The notes: generated by a model from the letters alone, not told the origin. A stretch of 25,900 bases of DNA from Rotaria sordida (GCA_905250005.1 CAJNOH010002073.1:1-25900), one strand, 5' to 3'. Counted from the first letter of the stretch, positions 1 through 11,710 are shown. Program-made: numbers and translations.

Positions 1-2
1 AT

Positions 3-188
3 AAACATAAGATGGATTTTTTGAATACTTTCTATGATGTCCGTGATGGCACTCCAAAGATTCACTTATCTCTCTGCGTATTTCAACAGGCATTAAGAGT
101 CATACTTCACAAAAGGATGGTCTTGCAACAATTCTTTGAACACAGAGATTTCCATGTGCCAATGAAATTGTTCTGGTATGAAATATAA
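3..188 (+). CDS. Possible partial coding exon open to the left window edge (unknown protein)
   Basis: Open frame 'KHKMDFLNTFYDVRDGTPKIHLSLCVFQQALRVILHKRMVLQQFFEHRDFHVPMKLFWYEI*' with non-repetitive, protein-like composition. Below the length cutoff of the supplied ORF track. No family recognised. Confidence 0.25.
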   Translation, partial: KHKMDFLNTFYDVRDGTPKIHLSLCVFQQALRVILHKRMVLQQFFEHRDFHVPMKLFWYEI

Positions 189-302
189 CAGTCACTTTGT
201 AATTGAAGTACCCCAGAAATTCAATTACTTATGCCCATTCGCTTCTTTTATTAGAATCAAATCTTGATAACTGTAGAGTTATTCATGCTAACTAATGTCA
301 AT

Positions 303-608
303 ATGACAGATCTTCTAAAGCTGCTGAAAAATTCACCACTCGAAACTTCAACACAAAAAAAGTTAGGATAAGCGTTTAATCGATTTCAACATCGAGTCAA
401 TAGTAAAGGAAGTGCAGGTTTTTTTATCACCGAAGCTGCTAAAATGGCTTGGCTAATGTTGAAAAGAGTTATAAATCGACTGACAATTGTTCTTGATATT
501 ACAAACACCTCTTCCATGTACTTACGTTGGATTAGAAAATGGTTGAATTCTTGTGAACAACGGAGGATTCGAAACGAGATCGTTTTAAAAAAAAAATTGA
601 GTGAATAG
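303..608 (+). pseudogene. Coding-like stretch interrupted by one in-frame TAA (369-371), unknown family
   Basis: Frame reads 'MTDLLKLLKNSPLETSTQKKLG*AFNRFQHRVNSKGSAGFFITEAAKMAWLMLKRVINRLTIVLDITNTSSMYLRWIRKWLNSCEQRRIRNEIVLKKKLSE*'. A single stop breaks an otherwise continuous amphipathic-looking sequence. Confidence 0.25.
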
Positions 609-1004
609 TACTCAAATGTTGTGCTTTCATATATATATATATTACATTATATTATTACATTTATTGCTATCGAATTTCGTAATCTCTTGACACTGTTACA
701 CAATAAAGAAGTAGAGAAGGAAGCCAAAAGCATGGATTACAATCAAAACACAATTACGCTTGCGTAATCTATGATAAATGTGTTACGTAATTTAACCATG
801 ACTGCTGAATGAGTCATCATTTTTGTACAAAAAAATGTGTCGTTTTGTTCTCGGCGAAATTCATTCTCAGGAGGGTATAGGGGTTTTTATTTCTAAAAGT
901 TAAATCCAATGCATCATAGGAGGTGAGTATCTCAAACATACCATGGGACAATTAGTATCCAAGCAGATATGAGCGGAAGTTGACTTTGCCAAAGTTTGAA
1001 TATA

Positions 1005-1053
1005 GGTGTGGGTGTGGATGCTTTAATCTCCACTCATACTGACACCCACACCC
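1005..1053. repeat. TGTGGG-type hairpin unit A
   Basis: ggtgtgggtgtggatg (1005-1020) ... gacacccacaccc (1041-1053). Confidence 0.75.
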
Positions 1054-1808
1054 TGTATGTGGCAGACAGAGAGAATTATTGAGCGATACATTGGTTCAAA
1101 ATTGTAACAGAACGAACGCTGACTGTTATCAGAGATGGAATCGGTTAGTATTTCTGTGGAATCGAGCCGAGTCGAACGAAAAGGATATCAGTAAAATACC
1201 CTCTAACCCATTCCAACTGCCGTTCAACTCGAAGTTAATATCAATTGATAGAGCTTCGCATTCTACACTCATGAAGCCTTACTCTAAGCCATTTACTTTG
1301 AGAAACATCTGATCAATTTCTCAAACGCGAATGTCGTCAATTCACCATTTCGCCAGCACACATTAATAGTAGTGAAAGAATGTTGTTTATCTTTATTTTC
1401 TGAACGACAACAACCCTAATTGCATTTTCAACAAAGTGCACAAAATAGAACTATCGATTCTTGAGTATGTTTATATGAAAGTGAGCAACTTGTTCCGAAA
1501 AATCTTGGAAATCAGCTCGCTTGGAGAGATTTTTACAAGTCAATACATGAGAAGGATACTAATGATCCTTCATCTGTTAAAAGTTTTTCGAGTGTGCGTA
1601 TCGGGTCGAGAAGATCTACAACCACACCCACACGTTCTATAGATATTACAAAATTAGATCATTTTTCTATTGAAAAATTGTACAAGAAAAAAAATGAGAT
1701 ATGATAAAGTAAGTTAATTGATTTTCTTTATTATCAAACAGAAATTCGAAGGGAAAACCTCGATAAATATTGTTGTTTTTGTCGTTTTTAATTATTTTCA
1801 TGATATTG

Positions 1809-4800
1809 TTAGTTATCATTTTCTTCGTCGTTCATCGAATCAGAAAGATCATTTTTTACTTGTTCAACTTGTAAATAACGTTTACCTTGTACATCTATCC
1901 AATATTTATTGTTAGTTAAGTGGCGTTCAGACTTTGCAATACCACTTTCAAGATAAAGTGCAATACGTGCTCGCTCTAAATGCCTTTGTTTTATAAAAAT
2001 AAAAGTAAAGTAATAAAAAAAAAAGAAAGAAACGATAGAAATAAATAAAACAAACCATAATTTTTTGGCACTTTTTTTTACATCGGCATATGTATCACCC
2101 ATCATAGCAATAAGTAAATTTAACAAAAGAATAGTAATAACCACAACATAGAAGATAAATAATGTAATACTTGCCTTCGGATATTGTCCTCCGGCATAAT
2201 GATCTATATCAAAATCACCCAATAAACCCAAAAAACATTGTTTGATACTTGATATATAACCTTTCAAACCTACAATAAATCATAGTATAAGTCATTTGTT
2301 CAAAATAACAATTTCATTATAAATCTAATTATCTTTTTAAATGAAGTGCTCATTCTTTTTTCTTCGTGCATCATAAAATTTACCATTTTCATTGAATAAA
2401 ATAAAAAATGATTGTGAAAAACCCGCAAGAAAAATTACATATATTATACAAAAACGAAGGACATCATTGAATAACATTTTATAAATCATAATGACAAATG
2501 GACCAGTAAATCGAAATGGCATAATGAAAAAGAACATATAACCCCATCCAATAAGAGAAGTAAAAGCAAGTATGAGAGTTTCATATTCCTGCATTCCAAA
2601 TAAATGAAAAACTTGAGCAGTTAAAATAAAAAGACAAAATGAGCATGCTAAACAATTTTCAAGAAAAATAGATCCCTAAAAACTATCATATAATTAATTA
2701 AATCTAGAATGATTAAAAAGTAATCACTCACTGTACTGTTCAGATAATCCAACAAACCTAAACTACGCATTTCATTTATTTCACGTTTACTTTTCCATAG
2801 GGCACCGAATATTAGAATGAAGCGGCCGACTGCACAGGTTATTTGACGACTAACATTCGAATCTGTACCATGAATTGATGCTGTTTTCTTATCCTTTTTA
2901 CGTGATGTCTAAAAAACACATTTCGTAGTTAAGCAAGATATTTTCGTTAAGCTACCGTTTCTGATCGTGTTTGTTGCAAAATTGTAGTGCCAAGAAAAAC
3001 AAGAAGATAGAGAAATGTAATGAGAAATCGATGAATAAGTATTCGATAAGCAAAATATTTCCATTTTTTATCAATTAAAGATATAATAATAGGATGTACT
3101 AATTCAGGATCATTATTTTTAATCATTATTTCAATGACACTAAGTGGTTGTTGTTTATTCTGAATAAAATTAATAAGAGATTCTATAGTTATAAATATGA
3201 ATATCAGTTAACTCACATCGTCATGAAAATCACGATCGAGTTGATCGAGAGGATGTAATATGCATGAAACGTTACCATAAGACCATTGTATTTTTTTACG
3301 CTCATAAAGTAACCATGACAACATTTTAGATTGACTTATATCAGCTGCTAGAGTCAATGGTGTGAAACCATCTTTATTTAAACGATTCCACAGTTTCGTT
3401 TGTTTCGTTGATATTGAGCCACTTGTTTTATCGTTGTCGTTACTAACCTGTTGTTCTATCCAACGTGCTTTGAATTTCGCATAAATTTCAGGCAAATTGC
3501 AGATAACAAGCATATGCAGAATGGTATTACCGTTGCTGTCCGTCTAGATATCAATATAAAGAAACTAGAATAAAATTTCTTCAAATGATATTCGTATAAA
3601 AAAAAAATTATTTGAAAAATTTTCTCATATCTCTACAGTTAGGAATATCTCAGTTAAGATCTAAATGAAAATTAGCATTGTTTAATGTGCATACTAGAAG
3701 TGTGCGAGACGAATTTTGCTCGTGGGACTAAAATTTAGATATTTGTCAGGATTGAAAACAGGATCGCGGAAAAGAGAAGGTGCTAAAATCAGGATCAAGA
3801 CTACGAGAAAAAAGTTGTTCTAATCGTAAATGAAAATCAAATTTTTTTCGATTTTTGATTATTCATCACTAATATAGTCCTCTGTGAAATGCCATATAAA
3901 TGGAGGATTTTCGTTATTAGTTAGTACGTTTATTAAATTCAACTTTCAAAATTCCTATCGGAAAAATCGCGCTACGATTTTTCTATTCTATGCAAAATTT
4001 TCCTAATGATGATGATTATTTCTTATTCCGATGGCGTTTAGAGCTTTGATCATGGACTCCTAACATCAATGAATTCAGTTAATTTTTCATCCGTCTAGTT
4101 GAAGAAAAAAGCTCTAGTAAGCACCGAAAATTATGTTTCTCATTTTTCTCGAAATCGGTTTTTACACAAAAAAAAGTGCAGAGTCGCCCTCGTTTCTCCG
4201 ACACAATATGTTCGATTGATCTGAAACTTTTTTTACAGGTATTAGAAGCTATTTGTGGTGACTACTTTTTTTTTATTTCGAAAAATATTGCTCTGATGAT
4301 GGTTTGGTCAATTTCACAAAAAAAAAGCATTTGTTCTAGGAAGTACCCTTCAAATTTTGATCTTTTTATTCGAATGAAAGGAGATTAAAAAAACACCCCA
4401 AAAAAAAGGTAGGCATCCCAAACAGTGTCTAGTATATGTAGAAAAGGTTTATGTCAATATGCTGGTAGCAAATGCTTTACTGGCATTTTTTTAATCGACC
4501 TATACTTTATATTCATAGATATTCTACTGTAAAGAAATAAAATGCAATAAATATATTGTTTAATTAATACGAGAGCACAAAAGACACTTAGTGTCAAACT
4601 CTTTCAATAGACTCAAATTTCATTCACGAAAAATATACAAAAACAAACCAAATATATATCATGTAAGTTAAGAAATTCTATGAAAGAAAAATAAATTATA
4701 TAATATCGATTCGATATTATTGTTCATATTTTCGATTTTGTTTTAACAAGTGTGTTCAAGTTAAAATATGTATATAAAATTGTTCGAAAGAATAATTACT

Positions 4801-6131
4801 ATTCGTTCTTATTTCAAATTAAGCATCATTATAGTAACGAGTTATAATCATATTTTTTGTCACTAAGGAAATTGAGATTTAAAAGAGTTTACAAATTCGA
4901 GAGAAACCTAGAAAAATTCAACAGAACGCATCAAAATCAGAAAGAATCAGAAGAAAATACCAAATTCATAAACTTTCCTTTTTTTTCAGAAGATTTGGCT
5001 ATCCTGGTTAGAGAAGCCATTTTAGCATTTTTAATCCTAATATCCTCTAGAAGAAAGCATTTGAGAATTTCTAGTCTAGACATATTTTTGCTCTACTCAT
5101 CAAGATCTATCTACCATGAAAGCTTCAAATTTTTCTCAGTAGCTATTCTCCAGAAACCTTGAAAATGAGAGGAGGGATCTTCTTAAGTGAATAATGTTAT
5201 AAATCATATCAATCAGAATTTAATTCAAGAAAAAGGACTCAAAAAAAGTACTAATCCTTGACTAAATAAATAAAAAAAAATCGAGTTTTAAAGAATCTTT
5301 TTAGATGTGATATGAATAAATTGTGGAATAGTTTTCTCTAGACGGAAACCAAAAACACTTGGTATCGCACAACTCTAGTTTAAACATCTATTATTATTAA
5401 CTTTTTGCATTCAACATTCAATATTTTCTTCTTTACTGACCGCATCCATATCAGCACCATATTTTAGTAAGATTTCAACCATATCCCATTGATTAGTACA
5501 ACAAGCAAATCCTAGTGGAGTTTCACCATAATAAGATGGTTGCCCTCTACAAATGTAAATATGAAATATAAGACAGAAGAAAAGTAACTTACATTTTAAA
5601 GAAGTCACCTGTAGCAGTTGCTGTCAATAATTGTTGTCGATAAGACTCTAAATGTTCATTACTAAGTAGCCATTCAACCATAGTTGTATAACGTTTGACA
5701 ATAGCAATATGAAGAATATTCTCACCGTAATATACCTATATAATTTATGTATATCATTCAAATAACAACAACAAATGAATATAATTATATTTACTGGTTT
5801 ATTGTAAATTTGCGTTACAATAAATGGAAAACGTATAATAAGATCTCGAGCAATTTCTAAATGTGCATCTGATCCATATAGAAATAACATATGAATAGGA
5901 CATTCGCCAACAGCTCCCCTAGTGTGAATAATATCTGGATCAATATCGACTAAATTGTTAATGGCAGTCTTGTCGGCATTAAACACAGCTGTCCATATTG
6001 TATTATCTTTGTACATAAGTTCAGTTTGTTGTTCGACTTCGGACTGATTCGAGTCGACATCAGACTTTTTTACTGCAAAAAATATATTGTTTAGCATATA
6101 AATCTTCAAATAAATTCATACCATTTAGCAT
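1809..6131 (-). CDS. TRPV-like transient receptor potential cation channel: ankyrin repeats followed by transmembrane/pore region. Ten-exon model, coding exons (minus strand, 5' to 3'): 6131-6122, 6072-5795, 5735-5593, 5546-5441, 3543-3217, 3159-2956, 2908-2732, 2675-2384, 2269-2056, 1983-1809
   Basis: Reading the spliced exons by eye gives a continuous frame (1926 nt = 641 aa + stop) with GT..AG at every junction. Family-typical blocks: ankyrin segments 'YGENILHIAIVKRYTTMVEWLL', 'YYGETPLGFACCTNQWDMVEILLKYGADMDA' + 'TDSNGNTILHMLV'; pore region 'GMQEYETLILAFTSLIGWGYMFFF...FTGPFVIMIYKMLFNDVLRFCIIYVIFLAGFSQSFF'; post-pore helix 'LLLNLLIAMMGDTYADVKKSAKKLW'. The 10-nt coding first exon is the least certain part. 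Confidence 0.85.
3544..5440 (-). other. Unusually long intron (1897 bp) inside the TRPV-like gene
   Basis: The ankyrin repeat is interrupted after '...KYGADMDA' (donor GTCAGT at 5440) and resumes with 'TDSNGNTILHML' (acceptor CTAG ending at 3544), phase 0 on both sides. The other introns I reconstructed are 46-114 bp. Confidence 0.7.
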
Positions 6132-6894
6132 TATTCATGTAAAACAGAAAACAAAGTCTCGATAATAGTCTTTTTTTTTGCTCTTCTCTTTTACAGTATG
6201 CGAAGCTGACTGCTAGCTTACCACGTGTCACACATAAGATTTTATTCGTAGAATAAATCAAGACACATGCATGAATACATTTCAGTCACATTTAATATTA
6301 AACGACGTTACAAAAGTGTTTCTTTTCTTCTTTTCTTGCAAAGGCACCCTTGGAGTTATTCAAGAAACCAATTAAACTCTTAAAAAAGTGCAATTTTTCT
6401 AAATATTCGTAGCAATGGCTTTACCTACAAAACTTTCGATATATTTTTGGATTATTATATCAATGTAATCAATGCATACAAATGCATTAAACGTTATTAA
6501 TTTCTTTCATATTTTTATATTCGTCATAGTATATAGAAAATTATTTTGTTTTTTATTATGCTCCTAAATGTAACACTCGGAAGTGCTTACATGGTAATAT
6601 AAGAAGAAATTATAATATTTAAGTATTAAGCACAACATAAATACAATGAGTTTTACTGTCACCACCGACATCATTATACGGAGCACTGAATCTGCTTGTG
6701 GAGCTGTAAAAGAGTAAAAAGAAACACACAAAATTTCAGTATTTGAGAAGCAGCGAATAAACGAAAGAGAGAAGAGAGAAAAGAGCGAAGGATGATGCTT
6801 ATACGCGTTTCAAGGATAGAAAAAAGGGACAGGGAGAAGCAGAGAAGGAACAGGAGAAGGATTCTTCATGTCTTTTTTTTTATATACAACTACT

Positions 6895-7176
6895 TTATTT
6901 AATAAATGATATCCATTTTAAGAGAAGTGATTCATGCTTGTCTATTAAATGCTTTACACAATTGCTACCAAAAAACTGAGCAAGGCGATCGTTCTTTCTT
7001 TTATGAAAGTCACTCCAAAGAAAAATATCATTATAGAATAGTGAATGATCAAGATCCGTTGTATGCATATATTTTAATCTTCTTTGAATATAGTGTTTAA
7101 CATAAGCTTCTAATGAGAGTTCATTAGTCACAATGTCTAGATTATAAGCTGAGACAAAGGAGCAGCGATGCACCAA
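6895..7176 (-). CDS. Hypothetical protein or exon fragment, 93 aa
   Basis: ORF with mixed, protein-like composition ('LSLEAYVKHYIQRRLKYMHTTDLDHSLFYNDIFLWSDFHKRKNDRLAQFFGSNCVKHLIDKHESLLLKW'). No family recognised. Confidence 0.25.
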   Translation of the reverse strand: MVHRCSFVSAYNLDIVTNELSLEAYVKHYIQRRLKYMHTTDLDHSLFYNDIFLWSDFHKRKNDRLAQFFGSNCVKHLIDKHESLLLKWISFIK

Positions 7177-7380
7177 TCAAAGATCAACTGAAAGTTTCTG
7201 CTGTAGTATTTGTTGTTGTGACTTGGGAAGCAGAGGGAAAAAGAAAATAACTATGAAAAGTGGGGAAACATATATGCGAAGAAACATTGTCTAAGAGCCT
7301 TAGTGGAGATAAAGCGCTTTTCTCTTAATCACTTAAGTTTTCCTAAGAATTTCCGAATATTTCCTATACATCGATCAACT

Positions 7381-7425
7381 AGGGTGTGGGTGTTGGTATT
7401 ATTATCTTCTTCACACCCAAACCCT
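7381..7425. repeat. TGTGGG-type hairpin unit B
   Basis: agggtgtgggtgt ... cacacccaaaccct, near-perfect inverted arms around a ~15-nt spacer. Confidence 0.75.
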
Positions 7426-7786
7426 CAAGTTTCATTATGTAAAATAAAAATTATACTTTAACATAAATTACATTACAATTAATTAGATTATGTAAAAAAG
7501 CAACAAAAAAAAGTCACAACTAGAATTAGACAACCTCGACTTATCTATCTTTATTAAGTTTATAATCTTCAACTATCCCATTAATTTGGAAGACTAATAA
7601 AAGAAACAAATAATTTTAAATGAGGCCATGAATTAGTTCTTTGTTAGCCAGTAATCGAAAATCATAGTTATACAAGAGCTCAGGATATTTAAGATGTTCT
7701 GAAACTAAATTCAGTATGATTGTTCTTTTTCTTAGGACTGTAAACATATTTCTATCTTTGTTCTAGTTATAGATGGTAAATAATTA

Positions 7787-7972
7787 GTCGACGACAAAAG
7801 TTTCGTTCGTCTTGAAATGAATTTTTTATATTATTTTTGACGTATGAGAATAGAATGCAACACATATATATAGAGAGAGGAGTTCGAGACATTTACGCAG
7901 CACATAGTAGTTTTATAAGTGTTTGTTTCTTCTTTGAGCAAAGTAAAAATATATGAATACATCCATTTTTGG
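7787..7972 (+). repeat. Left inverted-repeat arm of the foldback element
   Basis: Base-by-base comparison with reverse complement of 8189-8378. Confidence 0.85.
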
Positions 7973-8188
7973 ATAACTTGTTCGAAGATGAGATGAGTTG
8001 TATGATATGAGACCCAAATTTCGAACTGACGGATTTCTAGTGGATAAATTACAATTCGAAATTTCATGCTCAGTGTTCTTGATATTGCCCGTTGATGGAA
8101 CATAGCCAAAGCTCTCCCCTCTGAATGGTCAAAAGTTATAAACTCGATCTCGCTTCATATGAGCTATCTCATATCTTAACAGGTCGTC

Positions 8189-8378
8189 CACAAATGGATG
8201 TATTCACATATTTTTACTTTGCTCAAAGAAGAAGCAAACATTTATAAAACTAGTATGTACTGCGTAAATGTCTCGAACTTCTCTCTATATATAGATATAT
8301 GTATTGCATTCTATTTTCATACGTCAAAAATAATATAAAAAATTTATTTCAAGACGGGCGAAACTTTTGTCGTCGACT
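8189..8378 (-). repeat. Right inverted-repeat arm of the foldback element
   Basis: Base-by-base comparison with 7787-7972. Confidence 0.85.
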
Positions 8379-9332
8379 AAATGTTGTTCAAATGATGAAA
8401 CTGTGTAAAAGCACCGGTAAAAAACAAAAATTTTCTAAAGGGATAATGCAATAAGAGTAAAAAATCATTGAAGAACTGAATTTCTGAGATGCTTTTAGGA
8501 ATCAAAGTTAAAACGAACAATCAAAATAATATTCTTCGATAGGTATGTCTCACCAAGCGCTCAATATTTCTATTAGCTTCCACTAATCGAAATCATATCA
8601 AGTGATCGAAAATATCTTTCCGATAGGCTTCCTGCCTTTGAGTAGTCCAAATTTCGATAGATTTCATGTCGTCAGAAAGTATCCAAGGAGTCAAAAATGA
8701 ATGTACAGTGGGACAATGTTTCCGAACACTCGATAGTTCGATGAACGCCGACTGGTTGGAATCCGTTATTTCGATGGTTTTCGAGCGGTCGAAAATAAAT
8801 GTGAGATGGGAAAATGCCTCCGACGACTCAAGATTCGATAGGTACTGAGGGGTTCGAAATTCGAGTAGAACAAGAAAAAAATATATATATAATCAAATTT
8901 CGACCACTCGTCGCATCCATCGTTGACTTTTTAAGATCTACTTGAGTCACTCACACCTTTGGCAATACTGATCTCGATCTACTTGCGCAATAATTGTTTA
9001 ACTTACGTCTATCAATTTGTCTGGCTCCTTTGATGATGATCAATGGTATTTCGTTCGGATGGTCAAGAATGATAAAATAGTCTAATCAGTTTTTTTCCAT
9101 TAGATTAGCTGAAGTAAAATGTTGAATTATCCATCATCTTATAATTCTTACAATAATAATTCTGATGTGAATTTCACAGATATAATCAATACGGAAACTA
9201 TATTGCACAATTAAAAACATTCAATATCAATTTCTGGACAAATGTTATTTTATTTGTATAAGAAAAATTATATTTACATGAACACAATGAATAAATCAAT
9301 TGAAAAAATATCTATTGATGACTAATTGATAC

Positions 9333-9353
9333 ATATATATATATATATATATA
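9333..9353. repeat. (AT)n microsatellite just downstream of the F-box-like gene
   Basis: atatatatatatatatatata read directly. Confidence 0.9.
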
Positions 9354-9369
9354 GTTGTCATTGTTACAA

Positions 9370-11139
9370 TTAGATCCATATTCGAATGAGGCTAGTTGAG
9401 TGAAGATCTTTGACAACTAAACATGTTGATGGTAGATGGTCTTTTAACCATTGAATAAGATCATCATTATTTTCTATATTTTCATCATAAAATTGTTCAT
9501 TGTTATTTTCGTTTGATGTTGATTGTTTATTGAACATTTCATCGTTGCATTTAATGTGTAATACTTGAAGATTGATCATATTTTTGACAAGAATAATAAT
9601 ACTTTGACGATTTTTTACATGAATGAAAAGTATTTGACATTGAATACCCAACGGTGAATGACATAATCTCATACATTCTTCTTCATCAAATGAATAATTA
9701 TAATTTTGTAAATTGAATTCACGAACTGATTTATTTGTATATTTAAACAATGAGATTTGAAGAGGTAATGATTGATCTTGATCGATACATAGATAACGCA
9801 GATGAGGTGCTCGATCAAGTAAAGCTTGCAGTTGAGATTGAAAATGATCAGTATGATATGAAATGTTAAGTGAAGACAATCGTTCCAAACTTGGAACAAT
9901 TAACCAAAATTGATCGTTAATAGGGAGTCTTATATGAAGATCATTAATGTTACGTAAACGAATTTCAGGTAGGATTAATTGATTAAAAAATATTTCATTA
10001 TGAATTGTAGTAATGTTATTGTAAAATTCTTGTTGATTATCATCTGGATATGTTGATCGCCATAAATCAGGAAGTTTGTTTTCACAAATACAAAATGAGC
10101 TCGGTAAATTGTAGAAATAGATAGTTTTCTTTACTGTAAGACATCGAACAAACCATTGATGTTCTTCAATCCAAAATGAACTTCGAAATGAATTAATTAA
10201 TTGATCAATTCGTTCTTGCATATTTTCATCCAAAAACAATTTTTTTCTCATTTCAACTCGAAATATTTTAAGTTTAGGCAAATAATTACGAATGATTTCT
10301 TCCCATTGATAACCATTGATTATGTTATACCACAGAGTGACATTCAAACGACGTAGATTCGGTATGTGTTTCAAAAAGGAAATCATTTTCGAAACATCAA
10401 ACGTACTCCATATGTCAATATGCAAATCGATTAAGATTGGAAGAGAAGCAAATAGTACGTAATCATTATCGTTCGAAGAATGAATATATACCGATATCGA
10501 CAGCTGTTTAAGACGAGGAGTGCATTGAAATAATCGATTCATTTCATTCCATGTTAGTACATATTCAAGCATATTTACATATTCGAGAGTCGAAGACATT
10601 TTTGTTGATATGAAAAATTTCTCTTGTCCTTGAGTAGGAAAGTCTAAGTGGCAGTAACGAAGTTTTGGTAAATTCCAAATAGTATCAATAAGTAATTGAA
10701 AATTAACTTGATATCTTCGTAAAGAATGACAGCCAAACGTTAAATGAGTGAGATTATATAGATATTGACATTCATTGATAATTTTAATTAGTGTTTCATT
10801 TGAACAAATATTGGAAAATGAAAGTGATCGTAACCAAGTGAATTGACTAAATGATGAAACATAAGATAAAAATAGATTTATTTGTTCGGGAGTGTTGTCG
10901 TCGTCAGAAAGATTAAGAACATAAACTCGATCAGTGATGAATGGTAAATGTTGTTGACATATCACATCGAAGTCACGTTTTCTTATTGAAGAAAAATTAA
11001 AGCAATAGAAGTGAAATTGCTTGTACAGAAGAAGATTAAAGCGAATATTAAGTCCATAAAATGTATAAAGAAGTTCGATACCATTGAAATAATCGAATAT
11101 ATCAAGTAGCAGTTCATTACATAACGATTCGAAATACAT
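9370..11139 (-). CDS. F-box-like/leucine-rich-repeat-like protein, single exon, 589 aa
   Basis: N-terminal F-box-like segment 'LCNELLLDIFDYFNGIELLYTFYGLNIRFNLLL', followed by repeated LRR-like segments ('YLNLTHLTFG', 'LPKLRYCHLDF', 'TPRLKQLSISV', 'IPNLRRLNVTLWYN', 'VPSLERLSSLNISY', 'APHLRYLCIDQ'). Uninterrupted ORF with ATG and stop. Confidence 0.8.
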   Translation of the reverse strand: MYFESLCNELLLDIFDYFNGIELLYTFYGLNIRFNLLLYKQFHFYCFNFSSIRKRDFDVICQQHLPFITDRVYVLNLSDDDNTPEQINLFLSYVSSFSQFTWLRSLSFSNICSNETLIKIINECQYLYNLTHLTFGCHSLRRYQVNFQLLIDTIWNLPKLRYCHLDFPTQGQEKFFISTKMSSTLEYVNMLEYVLTWNEMNRLFQCTPRLKQLSISVYIHSSNDNDYVLFASLPILIDLHIDIWSTFDVSKMISFLKHIPNLRRLNVTLWYNIINGYQWEEIIRNYLPKLKIFRVEMRKKLFLDENMQERIDQLINSFRSSFWIEEHQWFVRCLTVKKTIYFYNLPSSFCICENKLPDLWRSTYPDDNQQEFYNNITTIHNEIFFNQLILPEIRLRNINDLHIRLPINDQFWLIVPSLERLSSLNISYHTDHFQSQLQALLDRAPHLRYLCIDQDQSLPLQISLFKYTNKSVREFNLQNYNYSFDEEECMRLCHSPLGIQCQILFIHVKNRQSIIILVKNMINLQVLHIKCNDEMFNKQSTSNENNNEQFYDENIENNDDLIQWLKDHLPSTCLVVKDLHSTSLIRIWI

Positions 11140-11663
11140 TTATATTTTTTTCGCTTCACTTACACGTTGGTTTGATATATGTTATATATTACAAGATAAA
11201 TGCTTATTTTGTAAGAAATGAAGAATAGCAGTGAAGTTGTTTTTTTTGTCAAAATATCAAATGTTTGGTTTTGTTTTTGTCTGCTACAGATCATTGCACG
11301 AATCGACTATATAATTAATATATATATAGCTTGACAATAAAGCACGATAGAAATTATCAATCAACTTTCTCAAACAAAAGAAATGGAAGCAATGTCAGAC
11401 TAGTCTAAAATGTTTAGATAATTTGTCATGACTGATTGTCTCAAAGGTCGTCATGTCTAGTCCATTTAGTCTACTGATTCCGTCTAGACCCATCACTAGA
11501 AAAATATTTATCCATGATTGGTCTAGAGTTTACGGTCAGAAGAAGTTTTCTTGGATATATATGAATAGTACAAGTGTAGATGTTTATAATACAAATAAAA
11601 GCTTAATATGAAGATACAAAGTATTGATATACAGTTTTTAATTATAGGATTCTTTTGCAAATA

Positions 11664-11710
11664 TGTGGGTGTAGATATTTGATTATATAACAGTACCCAC
11701 ACCCACAACC
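11664..11710. repeat. TGTGGG-type hairpin unit C
   Basis: tgtgggtgtagat ... aacagtacccacacccacaacc. Confidence 0.75.

Larger units (their letters stand above)
7787..8378. mobile_element. Non-autonomous foldback/MITE-like element, 592 bp, flanked by TA (7785-7786 and 8379-8380)
   Basis: Left arm GTCGACGACAAAAGTTTCGTTCGTCTTGAAAT...ATATGAATACATCCATTTTTGG (7787-~7972) is nearly the reverse complement of the right arm (~8189-8378), with a handful of substitutions and a small AT/CT indel. Weaker pairing continues inward for ~50 bp more. Short unique centre, no long coding ORF. Confidence 0.8.

Noticed and set aside
4176-5162. Plus-strand ORFs 4176-4388 and 4857-5162 as a nested gene in the large intron
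   Set aside because: Lys/Ser/Phe-rich translations of AT-rich DNA with no domain signature; insufficient to call a gene.
8850-8880. tRNA B-box-like string GGGTTCGAAATTC
   Set aside because: No cloverleaf could be folded around it; no A-box or acceptor stem.
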